57,293 nucleotides of DNA from Patescibacteria group bacterium. Its GTDB lineage: Bacteria > Patescibacteriota > Kazan-3B-28 > UBA10110. Positions 36,038 through 45,730 of this stretch are shown one piece after another. The stretch is from positions 1 to 57,293 of the forward strand of contig JAZDKW010000002.1 in the NCBI GenBank assembly GCA_043802665.1, in the 5' to 3' direction. The translations under genes and the position numbers were made by a program. The notes under the pieces are model-generated. The model was not told where the DNA came from. It saw nothing but the letters and a program-made list of their open reading frames with translations, and made no database searches. How positions within the stretch are numbered: position 1 is the first letter of the stretch; every line of letters starts with the position of its first letter.

Positions 36038-36559
36038 ATGCCAAAAACAAGAGCTCAAAAAGAAGTGCAATTAGCCAAGCTGGTAGACAAGTTAAAATCC
36101 AGCAAGGCGGTGGTTTTGACTGAATTCACTGGCCTTACGATGGAAAATTTGGATACTTTAAGAGCTAAAGCCAGAAAGGAAGGGGTATCATTCCAAATAG
36201 CCAAAAATACTTTGTTAGATAAAGCCGCGAAAGAAGCAGGGATCGATGGTTTGATCACGCAGAAGATTGGCAAACAAATAGCAGTAGCAACCGACGGGGA
36301 AGATGAGGTAGCAATTTCCAAAGTAATTTATCAATTTGTCAAAGACAATAAGGAAAAGATAAAAATTTATGCCGGTATTATTGAAAAAAAGATTGTTCCG
36401 GTAGATGTGATCAATCAATTGGCACAGCTTCCGAGCCGCGAGGAATTGTTGACGAAATTAGTTTGGACAATGAATTCTCCTCTTTCAGGTTTTGTCCGAG
36501 TGTTGAATGGTCCGTTGCAAGGTTTTTACAATGTAGTTAAAGCTTTATCAAGTAAATAA
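36038..36559 (+). CDS. rplJ: 50S ribosomal protein L10
   Basis: MPKTRAQKEVQLAKLVDKLKSSKAVVLTEFTGLT. GTG 36029 is an alternative start. Confidence 0.9.
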   Translation: MPKTRAQKEVQLAKLVDKLKSSKAVVLTEFTGLTMENLDTLRAKARKEGVSFQIAKNTLLDKAAKEAGIDGLITQKIGKQIAVATDGEDEVAISKVIYQFVKDNKEKIKIYAGIIEKKIVPVDVINQLAQLPSREELLTKLVWTMNSPLSGFVRVLNGPLQGFYNVVKALSSK

Positions 36560-36575
36560 TATATAAGGAGTAAAT

Positions 36576-37079
36576 ATGGCAGATGAAGAAATGAAACAAG
36601 AAGAGACCGCTACTCCAGAAGCGGAAACAACCGCTCCTGCTACAGCAGAAGCCAAGGTCGAAGAAAAAATAGCGACCAAAGAAGTCGATACCAGCAAACT
36701 CTCCAAAGATGCTACGAAAGTAGCGGAGATGGTGGAGAAAATGTCAGTCTTGGAATTGGCCGATTTGGTTAAGGTTTTAGAAGATAAGTTTGGTGTGAGT
36801 GCCGCCGCCCCAATGATGATGGCAGGGATGGCTGGCGGAGGTGCCGCCGCGGCTCCAGCCGAAGAGAAGACGGAATTTGATGTACATGTAACTTCTGCTG
36901 GATCCAACAAAATCGGTGTGATTAAAGCCGTCCGCGAAGTGACTACCTTAGGCCTCAAGGAAGCTAAAGATTTGGTAGAAGCTTTGCCAAAAGTTTTGAA
37001 GGAGGGCATCAAGAAGGCCGAAGCCGAAGAGATGAAGGCCAAACTGGAAGCGGCTGGCGCCACCGTTGAACTCAAGTAA
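36576..37079 (+). CDS. rplL: 50S ribosomal protein L7/L12 with about 40-aa acidic N-terminal extension
   Basis: [23 protein letters not shown]...[24 protein letters not shown]...ATVELK. Confidence 0.9.
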   Translation: MADEEMKQEETATPEAETTAPATAEAKVEEKIATKEVDTSKLSKDATKVAEMVEKMSVLELADLVKVLEDKFGVSAAAPMMMAGMAGGGAAAAPAEEKTEFDVHVTSAGSNKIGVIKAVREVTTLGLKEAKDLVEALPKVLKEGIKKAEAEEMKAKLEAAGATVELK

Positions 37080-37098
37080 TTAATACCAAGAATGAACC

Positions 37099-37123
37099 AA
37101 GACCCGCTTATCGCGGGTCTTTT
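37099..37123 (+). terminator. Intrinsic terminator after rplL
   Basis: AAGACCCGC-TTATC-GCGGGTCTT followed by TT. Confidence 0.7.
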
Positions 37124-37284
37124 GGTACTCATTCGTCATGCTGAATTTATTTCAGCATCTCTTGTACTAGTGTTGCTTAATCTAATTAGGAATATCGGTG
37201 GTGGAGATCCTGAAACTAGTTCAGGATGACGGGGGAGGTATAGACAGGATGACGGGGGAGGTATAGAGTTGTAATATTTAATCT

Positions 37285-38385
37285 ATGGCAGTTGAATTCA
37301 ACATTTTGGGTAAGGAGGGGAGGGCGAGGGCCGGGATTTTGCATACGGATCGCGGAGAGGTGCATACGCCGACAATCACGGTTAATTTTACTCCTGCCTT
37401 GCTCCGATCAGGATTATCGGCGAATCAATTGCAGGAATTGGGTGTGGAGATGATACTCACGAATACTTTGCACACGATGATGGAGAGTAAAATGCAAGCG
37501 CCGGACATCCATCAAAAGTTAGGTTGGGATGGGCCAATTTTTGCTGATTCCGGTGGTTTTCAGATGGTCAGCTTAGCTAAAAAGATGCGAGTAGAGCGTG
37601 ATGGTATCCGATTTACTTGGGATGGCACGGAATATAAAATTACTCCCGCACAGGTAGTGGAATGGCAGAAGCAAATGGGAGTAGATATTATTATGCCGCT
37701 TGACCGCGTCTGGCATTTAAGAGTGAAAAATCCTTTGGTCTATATCCAATCAGTTTTGACTACCGAAAAGTGGTTTCAAGCATCCCAAAATATCAGCGAA
37801 AATGTTTTTTATATTTTGCAAGGCGGATTAAATAAATTAGCACGGACTTTGAGTTTAAAATATGCTAATCAACATTTAGATAGTGGCGTTGCGGGAGTGG
37901 CGATTGGGGGGTTGGCTTTTGGTGAACCGCGACCCCAAATGTATCGGATGATTGATTTGTGCATCTCTAAATTACCTGAAAATAAACCGCGCCATTTATT
38001 GGGCGTGGGAGAACCAGTTGATTTATTGGAATCAATTGAACGTGGTATCGATACTTTTGATTGTGTCGCTTATACCCGCGAAGCCCGACATGGACGGTTG
38101 CTTACTAATCGCGGTTATTTGCGGTTGAATCGTTCCGAATACGTTAGTGATAATTTAGTAATCGAAGAGGGGTGTGATTGTCCGACTTGTCAGGCGGGGA
38201 TTAGTCGCGCTGAACTTCGCGCCGGGATGAAATCGGTAGATCCCATAGAGCACCAACAAACATTAATTAAATTAATGCTCCACAATATCCGTTTTTTAAT
38301 GCGGTTAATGGAACACTCCCGCGGAGCTATCAGAGAGGGAAGACTCCAGACATTCAAACAAGAATTTCTAACTAACTTCTTATGA
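37285..38385 (+). CDS. tgt: tRNA-guanine transglycosylase
   Basis: FADSGGFQ, LLGVGEP and CDCPTC zinc motif. Confidence 0.85.
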   Translation: MAVEFNILGKEGRARAGILHTDRGEVHTPTITVNFTPALLRSGLSANQLQELGVEMILTNTLHTMMESKMQAPDIHQKLGWDGPIFADSGGFQMVSLAKKMRVERDGIRFTWDGTEYKITPAQVVEWQKQMGVDIIMPLDRVWHLRVKNPLVYIQSVLTTEKWFQASQNISENVFYILQGGLNKLARTLSLKYANQHLDSGVAGVAIGGLAFGEPRPQMYRMIDLCISKLPENKPRHLLGVGEPVDLLESIERGIDTFDCVAYTREARHGRLLTNRGYLRLNRSEYVSDNLVIEEGCDCPTCQAGISRAELRAGMKSVDPIEHQQTLIKLMLHNIRFLMRLMEHSRGAIREGRLQTFKQEFLTNFL

Positions 38386-38400
38386 AGATAGCGAGTGCAT

Positions 38401-38434
38401 GCTATGAAAAACAACGGTCGTTGTTTTTCATAGC
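38401..38434. repeat. 34-nt perfect hairpin, copy 1 (GCTATGAAAAACAACG-GT-CGTTGTTTTTCATAGC)
   Basis: Identical apart from the loop to 39697-39730. The shared 5' flank is GCATGCTATG. Confidence 0.85.
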
Positions 38435-38669
38435 CATCCTTGGTTAAGTAATTGGTTAAGTAAATTGTCTCGCCCTCAGTTTGTATTTCGTCATCCTGGC
38501 TTTGTCCAGGATCGTATGATTTTTCCCCTCTGTCATCCCGAGCGTAGTCGAGGGATCTAAAACCGGAACGGTTTTTTTCTATTGCCAGACTGTAAAATTT
38601 CCGCTATATTGATGGCGGCACAATTAAGTTTTAATTTAACTTGTGACTACCTTGACAAGGAGGAATCCA

Positions 38670-39605
38670 GTGAAAATAAAACCCTGGGTAATCATCGTGA
38701 TTGTTTTTGCCATCGTGGAAATTTCCGGATTAATAATGATCCAGGTAAGGCATAACCAAAATGCCAAGCAGGTGCCAGCACCAATCGTTTCAGCAGACGA
38801 CTCATCGCACCAAACCATAAACGGTATCGCCATTATCGACGAAGACCAGTGGGACCAGCGAGTGAAGGATGAGATCGCATCCAGTCCAAATTCTTTAGAA
38901 GATAAATATCTCGGTAAAAGTTCCGAGGAGCTTGATGCTCAATTTCAGGCAGAAAGCGATTGGATTGCCAGTCAGCCGGGTTACGATGATAACATTACCC
39001 CAAATGGTAAAGCAGAAGACCGGGCCTCTGCCCAACAAAGCCCCAACATTGTGAGCGATATCCCCGCAGAAGTGGGTCTTTATATCGACAGTGGTTCTGG
39101 TTGGAAAAAGTTGTCTGTCCCTGAAGGGAATCTAAGTAAGGCTTTTATTCCGGTTGAAGACCCCCTAAAAGGAGCTATACAGGTTATGAGCGAGACTGAG
39201 GATTATACATTGTGTTTCTTTGACGAGGTTACATTAAGTAAATGGAAAGCCCAAGGAATCTCGCCTATAATCTGGGACGGGGTCCAAACGATTAAGATTG
39301 CAACCAGGCTGACGCCCGAAGGTAGAGTCAATGCTCAAAATAATCCCGAATCGCAAAGAGTTATGAATAGTGTGGTTGTCTATCCGTTGTCACGGCAGAC
39401 AGATGAATCTACGGAGAGTTGCCAGTGTGATGGTGATTGCTATGTCTGCTCTATAATAGAAGATATGCTCAATATGGTATCCGACAAATCTGATTACGAT
39501 GTAGGGGGTTATGCTTACGTAGACGTGGGCAGACCAAAAAGTGCCTCAGGATTGTATGTTTTAGGATATTGCGGCTCGTTAATATTGCTTCAACAGTCTC
39601 AATAG
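38670..39605 (+). CDS. Membrane-anchored hypothetical protein (311 aa), distant paralogue of 39872-40402
   Basis: GTG 38670 lies 7 nt after AAGGAGG. One TM helix. The C-terminal DKSDYDVGGYAYVDV...GLYVLGYCGSLILL resembles DKSDFEVGYLYFEFT...ELYCFKDGDQFILF. Confidence 0.7.
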   Translation: MKIKPWVIIVIVFAIVEISGLIMIQVRHNQNAKQVPAPIVSADDSSHQTINGIAIIDEDQWDQRVKDEIASSPNSLEDKYLGKSSEELDAQFQAESDWIASQPGYDDNITPNGKAEDRASAQQSPNIVSDIPAEVGLYIDSGSGWKKLSVPEGNLSKAFIPVEDPLKGAIQVMSETEDYTLCFFDEVTLSKWKAQGISPIIWDGVQTIKIATRLTPEGRVNAQNNPESQRVMNSVVVYPLSRQTDESTESCQCDGDCYVCSIIEDMLNMVSDKSDYDVGGYAYVDVGRPKSASGLYVLGYCGSLILLQQSQ

Positions 39606-39696
39606 TTTATTAATCTCCCTATAGTTCACATCAAGAAGAAGTGATGCAAGAACTTACGGGAGATTTTTTATTTGAAGAAAACTTTGGCGAGAGCAT

Positions 39697-39730
39697 GCTA
39701 TGAAAAACAACGGCCGTTGTTTTTCATAGC
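39697..39730. repeat. 34-nt perfect hairpin, copy 2
   Basis: GCTATGAAAAACAACG-GC-CGTTGTTTTTCATAGC. Confidence 0.85.
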
Positions 39731-39777
39731 GCTTCTATTTAATAATGAAGAAGCACTCTCTTGATTGAAATAAAACC

Positions 39778-39805
39778 TTGACTGGGGGCCAATTTCTGCT
39801 ATAAT
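39778..39805 (+). promoter_or_regulatory. sigma70-like promoter (TTGACT-16 nt-TATAAT)
   Basis: CCTTGACTGGGGGCCAATTTCTGCTATAAT. Confidence 0.6.
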
Positions 39806-39871
39806 CCAATCAGCAGGTTATGAACAAAAATGTAGCCTGACTTTGCAACTTAAAAACGAGGTGAATTAATT

Positions 39872-40402
39872 ATGAGGCTTGTCCGCATTGTTATTGCTCT
39901 TTTAGCCGTGGCGACCTTATTCGCCACAATCTCCTGCAAAGGCAAAATCGGTGGTCCGAATGTGCCCAAAGAGCCGGGCGAGTATTTAGACTTTTCTGGC
40001 CGGTGGGAGGCGATCGATAATCTGCCTCAAGTCACCGGTGGCTCGCTGTTATTCACCCAATTTTCGAGTGAGGAAATTGCACGGGCTGGTTATTCAAAGA
40101 TGACGAGGGACCGAGTGCGATATGCTATGCGAATGACACCGAGTCAGCGCCAACTAAAGTCGCTTATGGCCTTAGGAATATCAGCTGTATGTATCTATCC
40201 TTTAAAGTCTGTGGACCGAACGATTTGGGGAGATTGTAAAGGCGGTTGTTATCTTCCGGAGGGGAAAGGAGTCACTGCATCAGTAGACAAATCTGATTTT
40301 GAAGTGGGATATTTGTATTTTGAGTTCACTGATCTGCCTCCGAGCTCCACAGAGCTCTATTGTTTCAAGGACGGAGACCAGTTCATATTGTTTAAGCGGT
40401 AG
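39872..40402 (+). CDS. Putative lipoprotein (176 aa)
   Basis: Signal peptide with lipobox-like ATISC. SD GAGGTG. Confidence 0.7.
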   Translation: MRLVRIVIALLAVATLFATISCKGKIGGPNVPKEPGEYLDFSGRWEAIDNLPQVTGGSLLFTQFSSEEIARAGYSKMTRDRVRYAMRMTPSQRQLKSLMALGISAVCIYPLKSVDRTIWGDCKGGCYLPEGKGVTASVDKSDFEVGYLYFEFTDLPPSSTELYCFKDGDQFILFKR

Positions 40403-40460
40403 TAAGAATGTTTTGAAAACTCCTGCTGTCAGACTGTGATAAACAGTGACCGGGAGTTTT

Positions 40461-41315
40461 TTAATAGCTGATACCGAATTGAAGCCAGCTTATTTGAAGC
40501 TGGGGTAGTGCCACCTTTAAACGAGCAATTTCGGGAGGATAAGTTACCAGCCTCTCCCAATTAGGATCGACAAGCCAATTAGCGCCTTGCCCTTCCAAAA
40601 CTGTTTGGGACCAAACTGTTCCGGCCAAAAACAATTGGCGCAGATTGGATAACGGATAAAGCGGGGTAAAATCAACTACTTGCGTTTGAGCCAAATTCAG
40701 GGTTTCCAATTTGGTTAGTTGGCTTAAGGGAGACAAATTAACAACCAGAGTGTCTGATAAATTAAGACTGCGTAATTTTTTGAGATTAGACAAAGGAGCA
40801 ATATTACTGACGGGTGAAGAGGCGATGGTTAGCTGGGTCAATTGGGTTAGTTTGCCCACGCCAGAGATGTCTTGTACCGCCGTGTCATTAAGATCAAGTT
40901 CTTGTAAGTTGACTAATTTAATTAAAGGACTAAGGTCGGTAACTTGCTGTCCAGACAGAATGGATAAGCTTTCTAAACAAGTAAGATTTTTAATATCGGA
41001 TAACGCGGCGTTACCTTTCGATAAAACATTAAGGAAAAATTTGGTCTCGCTGGCCTCATCAAAATGGATTATTCCATTTAAGCTTCGGGTAGCATAGCCG
41101 TTAGCTTTACATAACTGATTGCTGGGAGCAGTGGGGGTAGATGTCGCCGCGGGAATATTATTAGCAGTGTTGGAGATCGGCTCAGGATAAACGGCTGGCT
41201 GACATCCGTGCATTAACCATAGAATCAAAATGATTAACCCAATTAAAATCGCCCCGCCATACCAGCGAGGGAGTTTATTTAGGCGCGATAGATAATACTT
41301 TAAATCAGGCGGCAT
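40461..41315 (-). CDS. Membrane-anchored leucine-rich-repeat (internalin-like) protein
   Basis: About 7 repeats of the 22-aa LxxLxxLxLxxxxVxDISPL type. Confidence 0.85.
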   Translation of the reverse strand: MPPDLKYYLSRLNKLPRWYGGAILIGLIILILWLMHGCQPAVYPEPISNTANNIPAATSTPTAPSNQLCKANGYATRSLNGIIHFDEASETKFFLNVLSKGNAALSDIKNLTCLESLSILSGQQVTDLSPLIKLVNLQELDLNDTAVQDISGVGKLTQLTQLTIASSPVSNIAPLSNLKKLRSLNLSDTLVVNLSPLSQLTKLETLNLAQTQVVDFTPLYPLSNLRQLFLAGTVWSQTVLEGQGANWLVDPNWERLVTYPPEIARLKVALPQLQISWLQFGISY

Positions 41316-41319
41316 TGCT

Positions 41320-42600
41320 TTACCTGATTAAATATGACGCTATGTTATCAATAGTCTGATTTAACCAAGTAGACAAATAAGTTAGTCCTTGGTTTATGCC
41401 ATCTACCAAGATGGTCCATAGTCCGGGAGTAGATGTAGCGGTATAAGCCGCAGGAGATTCAGTGACTGATGTATTGTCAGGTTCGGTGGCAGAAGAAGGT
41501 TTAAGGTTAAGCAAATCACTGAAGAAGCCACTGATAATTCCTGTTTGAGTAGCAGGTAATATGGCAATATCCTCAAAAGTATTGGTTTCAGTGGGGACAG
41601 TAGCAGACTGATCAGTTACTGGGGCTAAGGGAGTGATATCCACTAATGGTGGTTCTGTACTGCGTCTTACTACCAAAGAAGTAGAGGCAGTAAGAGCAGT
41701 ATTCTTTACTTGGACATTAATCGTAACCAAGCCGGGTTGGTGTGCGGTAACTAATCCGCTCTGGTCTACACTAGCGATGCTATTATTATTAGAGCTCCAT
41801 ATTAATAATCCGGGAGTAATGGGAATTTGTCTTCCATCGGTGTCCACCACAATCGCCAACGGCCGGAAGGCAGTCAGCGTATTTGTTAACATAATGGTGC
41901 TGTGATTAGGTAGAAGCGCAAGACTTTCCGGGATAGCGGTGTCTAACTCTTCGGCGGACTCTTCTTCTAATGGCAAAGTAGCAATGCTGTAAATTTGGGA
42001 TCTAGCATTAAACTTGATGGTGAGTGTCCCGTTTGCGCTGATAGTAATAGTTTTGGAAAGAGTGCGTAGAGTTTTGAAAGTAAATGCAGTTCCATTCATC
42101 GTCATACTGCCTAAACCTTTTACCCACACTTTAAAAGTTCCAGCATTCACGCCAGAGATAACTACTTGGTTGGCTTCGTTAATTTGTAAATAAGTGCCAA
42201 GATTTTTTACTCCGGTCGTGGATTTCCATTGTTCAAAATCAGCTCGGCCGTAATCGTCGTAACCCTTTATGTCAATTCCGAATAAAATCATCGATTGGCC
42301 ATAGAACAATGCTTGTCCGCCGGCGGGGGAAGAAACATCGGTGATAGTTTGAGTGGTAAATATACTATCGCTGGTGGCATCTGCAATCTGCTCAGCGGGG
42401 GAGAGGGTAGCGGCCATTGATCGGCTAAATAAGAAGGCCAAAACTACGCCGACCGCAATAATGGCCAGGAGTTCCCTTTTGGCGAGTTCTATTAATTGTT
42501 TGCCGAATCGGCGAGTTATTACAGCTTTCATTTTGGTTTTTATATCTGTTGTCGCTAGCAATCGGACCCAACTTTGGCATTTATTCCTATTATAACACAA
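41320..42600 (-). CDS. Membrane-anchored surface protein with Big_2-like Ig domain
   Basis: NNSIASVDQSGLVTAHQPGLVTINVQV. The likely start is the internal MKAVITRR at 42531. Confidence 0.7.
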   Translation of the reverse strand: MCYNRNKCQSWVRLLATTDIKTKMKAVITRRFGKQLIELAKRELLAIIAVGVVLAFLFSRSMAATLSPAEQIADATSDSIFTTQTITDVSSPAGGQALFYGQSMILFGIDIKGYDDYGRADFEQWKSTTGVKNLGTYLQINEANQVVISGVNAGTFKVWVKGLGSMTMNGTAFTFKTLRTLSKTITISANGTLTIKFNARSQIYSIATLPLEEESAEELDTAIPESLALLPNHSTIMLTNTLTAFRPLAIVVDTDGRQIPITPGLLIWSSNNNSIASVDQSGLVTAHQPGLVTINVQVKNTALTASTSLVVRRSTEPPLVDITPLAPVTDQSATVPTETNTFEDIAILPATQTGIISGFFSDLLNLKPSSATEPDNTSVTESPAAYTATSTPGLWTILVDGINQGLTYLSTWLNQTIDNIASYLIR

Positions 42601-42805
42601 TTAAAAAAATTTGTCAAATGTTTCTTTGATGTGGTTGACGGAGAGCAGACTAATAATGTATATTCCAACTGCGAATATAGTTATCAGAGGACGGTTGTCA
42701 ACGAAGATTTGCCTGTCCCTGCCCCGAGTGTTTAGATAGACTTCCGTCTACTGGAATGTATACTATAATTCGCCCCGGGCTTCTTGACTTCAAGCCCGGG
42801 TTTTT

Positions 42806-43369
42806 CTATCCGTTAAGGAATGGATGGTGAGAGACTAAGTTATGAATTGGGCCGCGGGGAGTGAGGGTGCTGGCCATCAAATCGATACTGGTAACTGATG
42901 TTGGGGGCGGCAGAATTATTTTGGTAGTAAGGGATTGCAAAGTAGCAAGGTCTTTGGTGCTAAGTGGGGCCTTAACCCTTGCTAAAGTGAGGTGTGGCTT
43001 AAAAGGTTTAGTATCTAATGTCGGCACCAGTTTCCGCAGAGATTTGGTTAAATCAGTTTGCAACTCCATTAATCGTGGGCCCATCACTCCTATCCAAATA
43101 GTTTGGGGTTGGTTAAAATTTGGAAAAGCGCCCAGGCGAGTGCAAGCCAATTCGAAAGGATGATGCTGGTTAGCTACCAAGGTAAGCACATCGCGAATAG
43201 CGGGGATAGAATCTATTTCGATGTCACCCAGAAACTGCAAGGTCAGATGCAGATTGTCGGCTTTGGCGGTGCGCAAGGCCGGACTTGTTGGTAGTTGGGA
43301 GGATATCTTTAGCAACGCCAGTTTAGTGGCGGTGCTTAGGTTAATGGCTACAAATAGACGCTGTTTCAT
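42806..43369 (-). CDS. thpR: RNA 2',3'-cyclic phosphodiesterase (2H family, ThpR/LigT)
   Basis: Two HxTx motifs: HLTLQFLG and HLTLARV. Confidence 0.85.
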   Translation of the reverse strand: MKQRLFVAINLSTATKLALLKISSQLPTSPALRTAKADNLHLTLQFLGDIEIDSIPAIRDVLTLVANQHHPFELACTRLGAFPNFNQPQTIWIGVMGPRLMELQTDLTKSLRKLVPTLDTKPFKPHLTLARVKAPLSTKDLATLQSLTTKIILPPPTSVTSIDLMASTLTPRGPIHNLVSHHPFLNG

Positions 43370-43506
43370 TAATGGAATTCATTTATAGGAGTTAATCATC
43401 TTTAATATACTAAATGTTTCAGGAGGTTCATAGGAGTAGAGGTGACAGGAAGCTTGTGATAGTATAAATTGGTAATATGATAGATAAGGCTTAATTCCTT
43501 AATTTT

Positions 43507-44823
43507 ATGGCGAAGAAAACTGGTTGGTTGTTTGCGATAATCATGCTTCTCCTTCTCGGAGCTCTTATTATTGATGTTCCGGCCGTAGCGAAGTTTGTCG
43601 GTTTTAAACAGGGCTGGACGATTCATAAGGGCTTAGATTTGCAAGGAGGAACCCACTTGGTCTACCAGACCGATTTAAGCAAAGTTACCGCAGGAGATGA
43701 AAGCTCAGCTGTGGCTGGAGTAGTCGATGTCATTCGTCGCCGGGTGGATGCTTTAGGAGTGACAGAGCCTATCATTCAAAAGACTAAAGATAATTCGCGG
43801 GTGATTATAGAATTGCCCGGCATTAAGGATGTAAATCAGGCTATCAATTTGATCGGTGAAACTGCCCAATTGGAATTTCGCGAAGGAATCTTGGATAAAA
43901 GCATTGATAAAGACGGTAAAGCACTTTCGGTGAGCTACGATGATTGGAAAGACATTGGTCTGACCGGAGCTTATTTCGCTCGGGCGGAGGCTCAGATTGA
44001 CCAAAGTAGTACATCGCTGGTGCGCAAGCCGGTGGTGGCGATTGAGTTTGATAGTGAAGGGGCAAAGATTTTTTCCGAGGCGACCAAGCGCAATTTGCAA
44101 AAACCTATAGCTATCTTTTTGGACAAGCAGTTATTGTCTGCCCCAACCGTTCAAGATGAGATTACAGATGGCAAAGCGGTAATCAGCGGCAGTTTCACAA
44201 TCGAGGAGGCAAAACAACTAACAATTCAGTTAAATGCTGGTGCTTTGCCCGTCCCGGTTAAATTAATTTCTCAGAGCAATATCGGCGCTACTTTAGGACA
44301 AGAGGCTGTGAATAAAAGTATCGTTGCCGGTTTGCTTGGGTTGCTGATGGTACTGGTCTTTATGTTAGTGTACTATCGTATGCCGGGTTTGTTGGCCTCG
44401 TTTGCTTTGATGGTCTATGCAAGTATTTCCTGGGCTCTATTTATCTTTATCCCGGTAACGATGACCTTAGCGGGCATCGCTGGTTTTGTGATCTCCGTTG
44501 GCATGGCAATTGACGCTAATATCTTGATTTTTGAAAGAATGAAGGAAGAGATCAGGGAAGGCCGAAGTATTATCGCGGCTATTGATGCGGGTTTTTACCG
44601 GGCGTGGAGTTCCATCCGCGATTCCAACATTGCTACTTTAATTACCTGCGTGATTTTGTATTATTTTGGATCGGGTTTGATTCGGGGGTTTGCCTTGACT
44701 TTGGGCATCGGTGTATTTGTTAGTATGTTCACTGCCATTACCGTAACGCATACATTTTTGCGGTTGGTAGCCGCGACACCATTGGTTAAGAAATATAAAT
44801 TATGGGGAGCTAAGGCGCTATGA
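43507..44823 (+). CDS. secD: Protein translocase subunit SecD
   Basis: GLDLQGG, periplasmic domain and C-terminal 6-TM region. Confidence 0.9.
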   Translation: MAKKTGWLFAIIMLLLLGALIIDVPAVAKFVGFKQGWTIHKGLDLQGGTHLVYQTDLSKVTAGDESSAVAGVVDVIRRRVDALGVTEPIIQKTKDNSRVIIELPGIKDVNQAINLIGETAQLEFREGILDKSIDKDGKALSVSYDDWKDIGLTGAYFARAEAQIDQSSTSLVRKPVVAIEFDSEGAKIFSEATKRNLQKPIAIFLDKQLLSAPTVQDEITDGKAVISGSFTIEEAKQLTIQLNAGALPVPVKLISQSNIGATLGQEAVNKSIVAGLLGLLMVLVFMLVYYRMPGLLASFALMVYASISWALFIFIPVTMTLAGIAGFVISVGMAIDANILIFERMKEEIREGRSIIAAIDAGFYRAWSSIRDSNIATLITCVILYYFGSGLIRGFALTLGIGVFVSMFTAITVTHTFLRLVAATPLVKKYKLWGAKAL

Positions 44824-45719
44824 TTAATGTCGTCAAAACTTTTAAGTGGTGGTTAGGTTTCTCGGCTGTTATGCTGATCATCGGAATTACAGCGATGTTT
44901 GTTTATGGGTATAACACTGGCATTGATTTTGCCGGAGGGACGATTTTGGAAGTGCAAGTTGCCGGACCAAAAGTGCCAACAACGACTGATGTAAAAGCCG
45001 CAATAATTTCGGCCTATAAAACCCAAGCCAATCTTGATGTGGCGGCTCAAACTACGGGAGATGATAGATATTTTGTGCGCAGTACCCAGATTAATAATGA
45101 CCAAAAAAATAACATTCTCACTACTTTGCAAGCAGGGTTTAGTCAAGTCAGCGAATTGCGATTTGAGTCTGTGGATCCAACGATTGGATCGGATGTAGTG
45201 CGCAAGGCTGTCTTGGCAGTCATTTTAGCTATCATTGGCATTCTGCTTTATGTAGCCTATGCTTTCCGGCGCGCTTCCGGCGAGATGAGTGCCTGGCGGT
45301 TTGGCAGTGCGGCGGTACTGGCTTTGGTACACGATACCATAATTTTATTAGGTATATACGCAATAGTGGGCAAATTCTTTGGTGCCGAAGTGGATAGTAT
45401 GTTTATTACAGCGATGTTAACGATGTTAGGTTTTTCGGTACACGATACAATTGTTACTTTTGATCGCATCCGTGAAAATCTGCGTCGTCGTGCCGGTGAA
45501 AATATCGTGATGTTAGTGAATGACAGTATCGTGGAGACCGTAGTTCGTTCCATTAACACATCGTTTACTTTACTTTTGGTTTTGGTAGCGATGTTTTTCT
45601 TTGGCGGTCCTACCATCAAATACTTTACCTTGGCTATGATTATTGGCGTAGTCGTGGGAACTTATTCGTCTATTTTTATCGCCTCACCTTTGTTATTGAT
45701 GGGGCATAAAAAATCCTAA
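44820..45719 (+). CDS. secF: Protein translocase subunit SecF
   Basis: GIDFAGGT...HDTIVTFDRIREN. Start overlaps the secD stop (ATGA). Confidence 0.9.
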   Translation: MINVVKTFKWWLGFSAVMLIIGITAMFVYGYNTGIDFAGGTILEVQVAGPKVPTTTDVKAAIISAYKTQANLDVAAQTTGDDRYFVRSTQINNDQKNNILTTLQAGFSQVSELRFESVDPTIGSDVVRKAVLAVILAIIGILLYVAYAFRRASGEMSAWRFGSAAVLALVHDTIILLGIYAIVGKFFGAEVDSMFITAMLTMLGFSVHDTIVTFDRIRENLRRRAGENIVMLVNDSIVETVVRSINTSFTLLLVLVAMFFFGGPTIKYFTLAMIIGVVVGTYSSIFIASPLLLMGHKKS

Positions 45720-45730
45720 ACTTTTAATCT

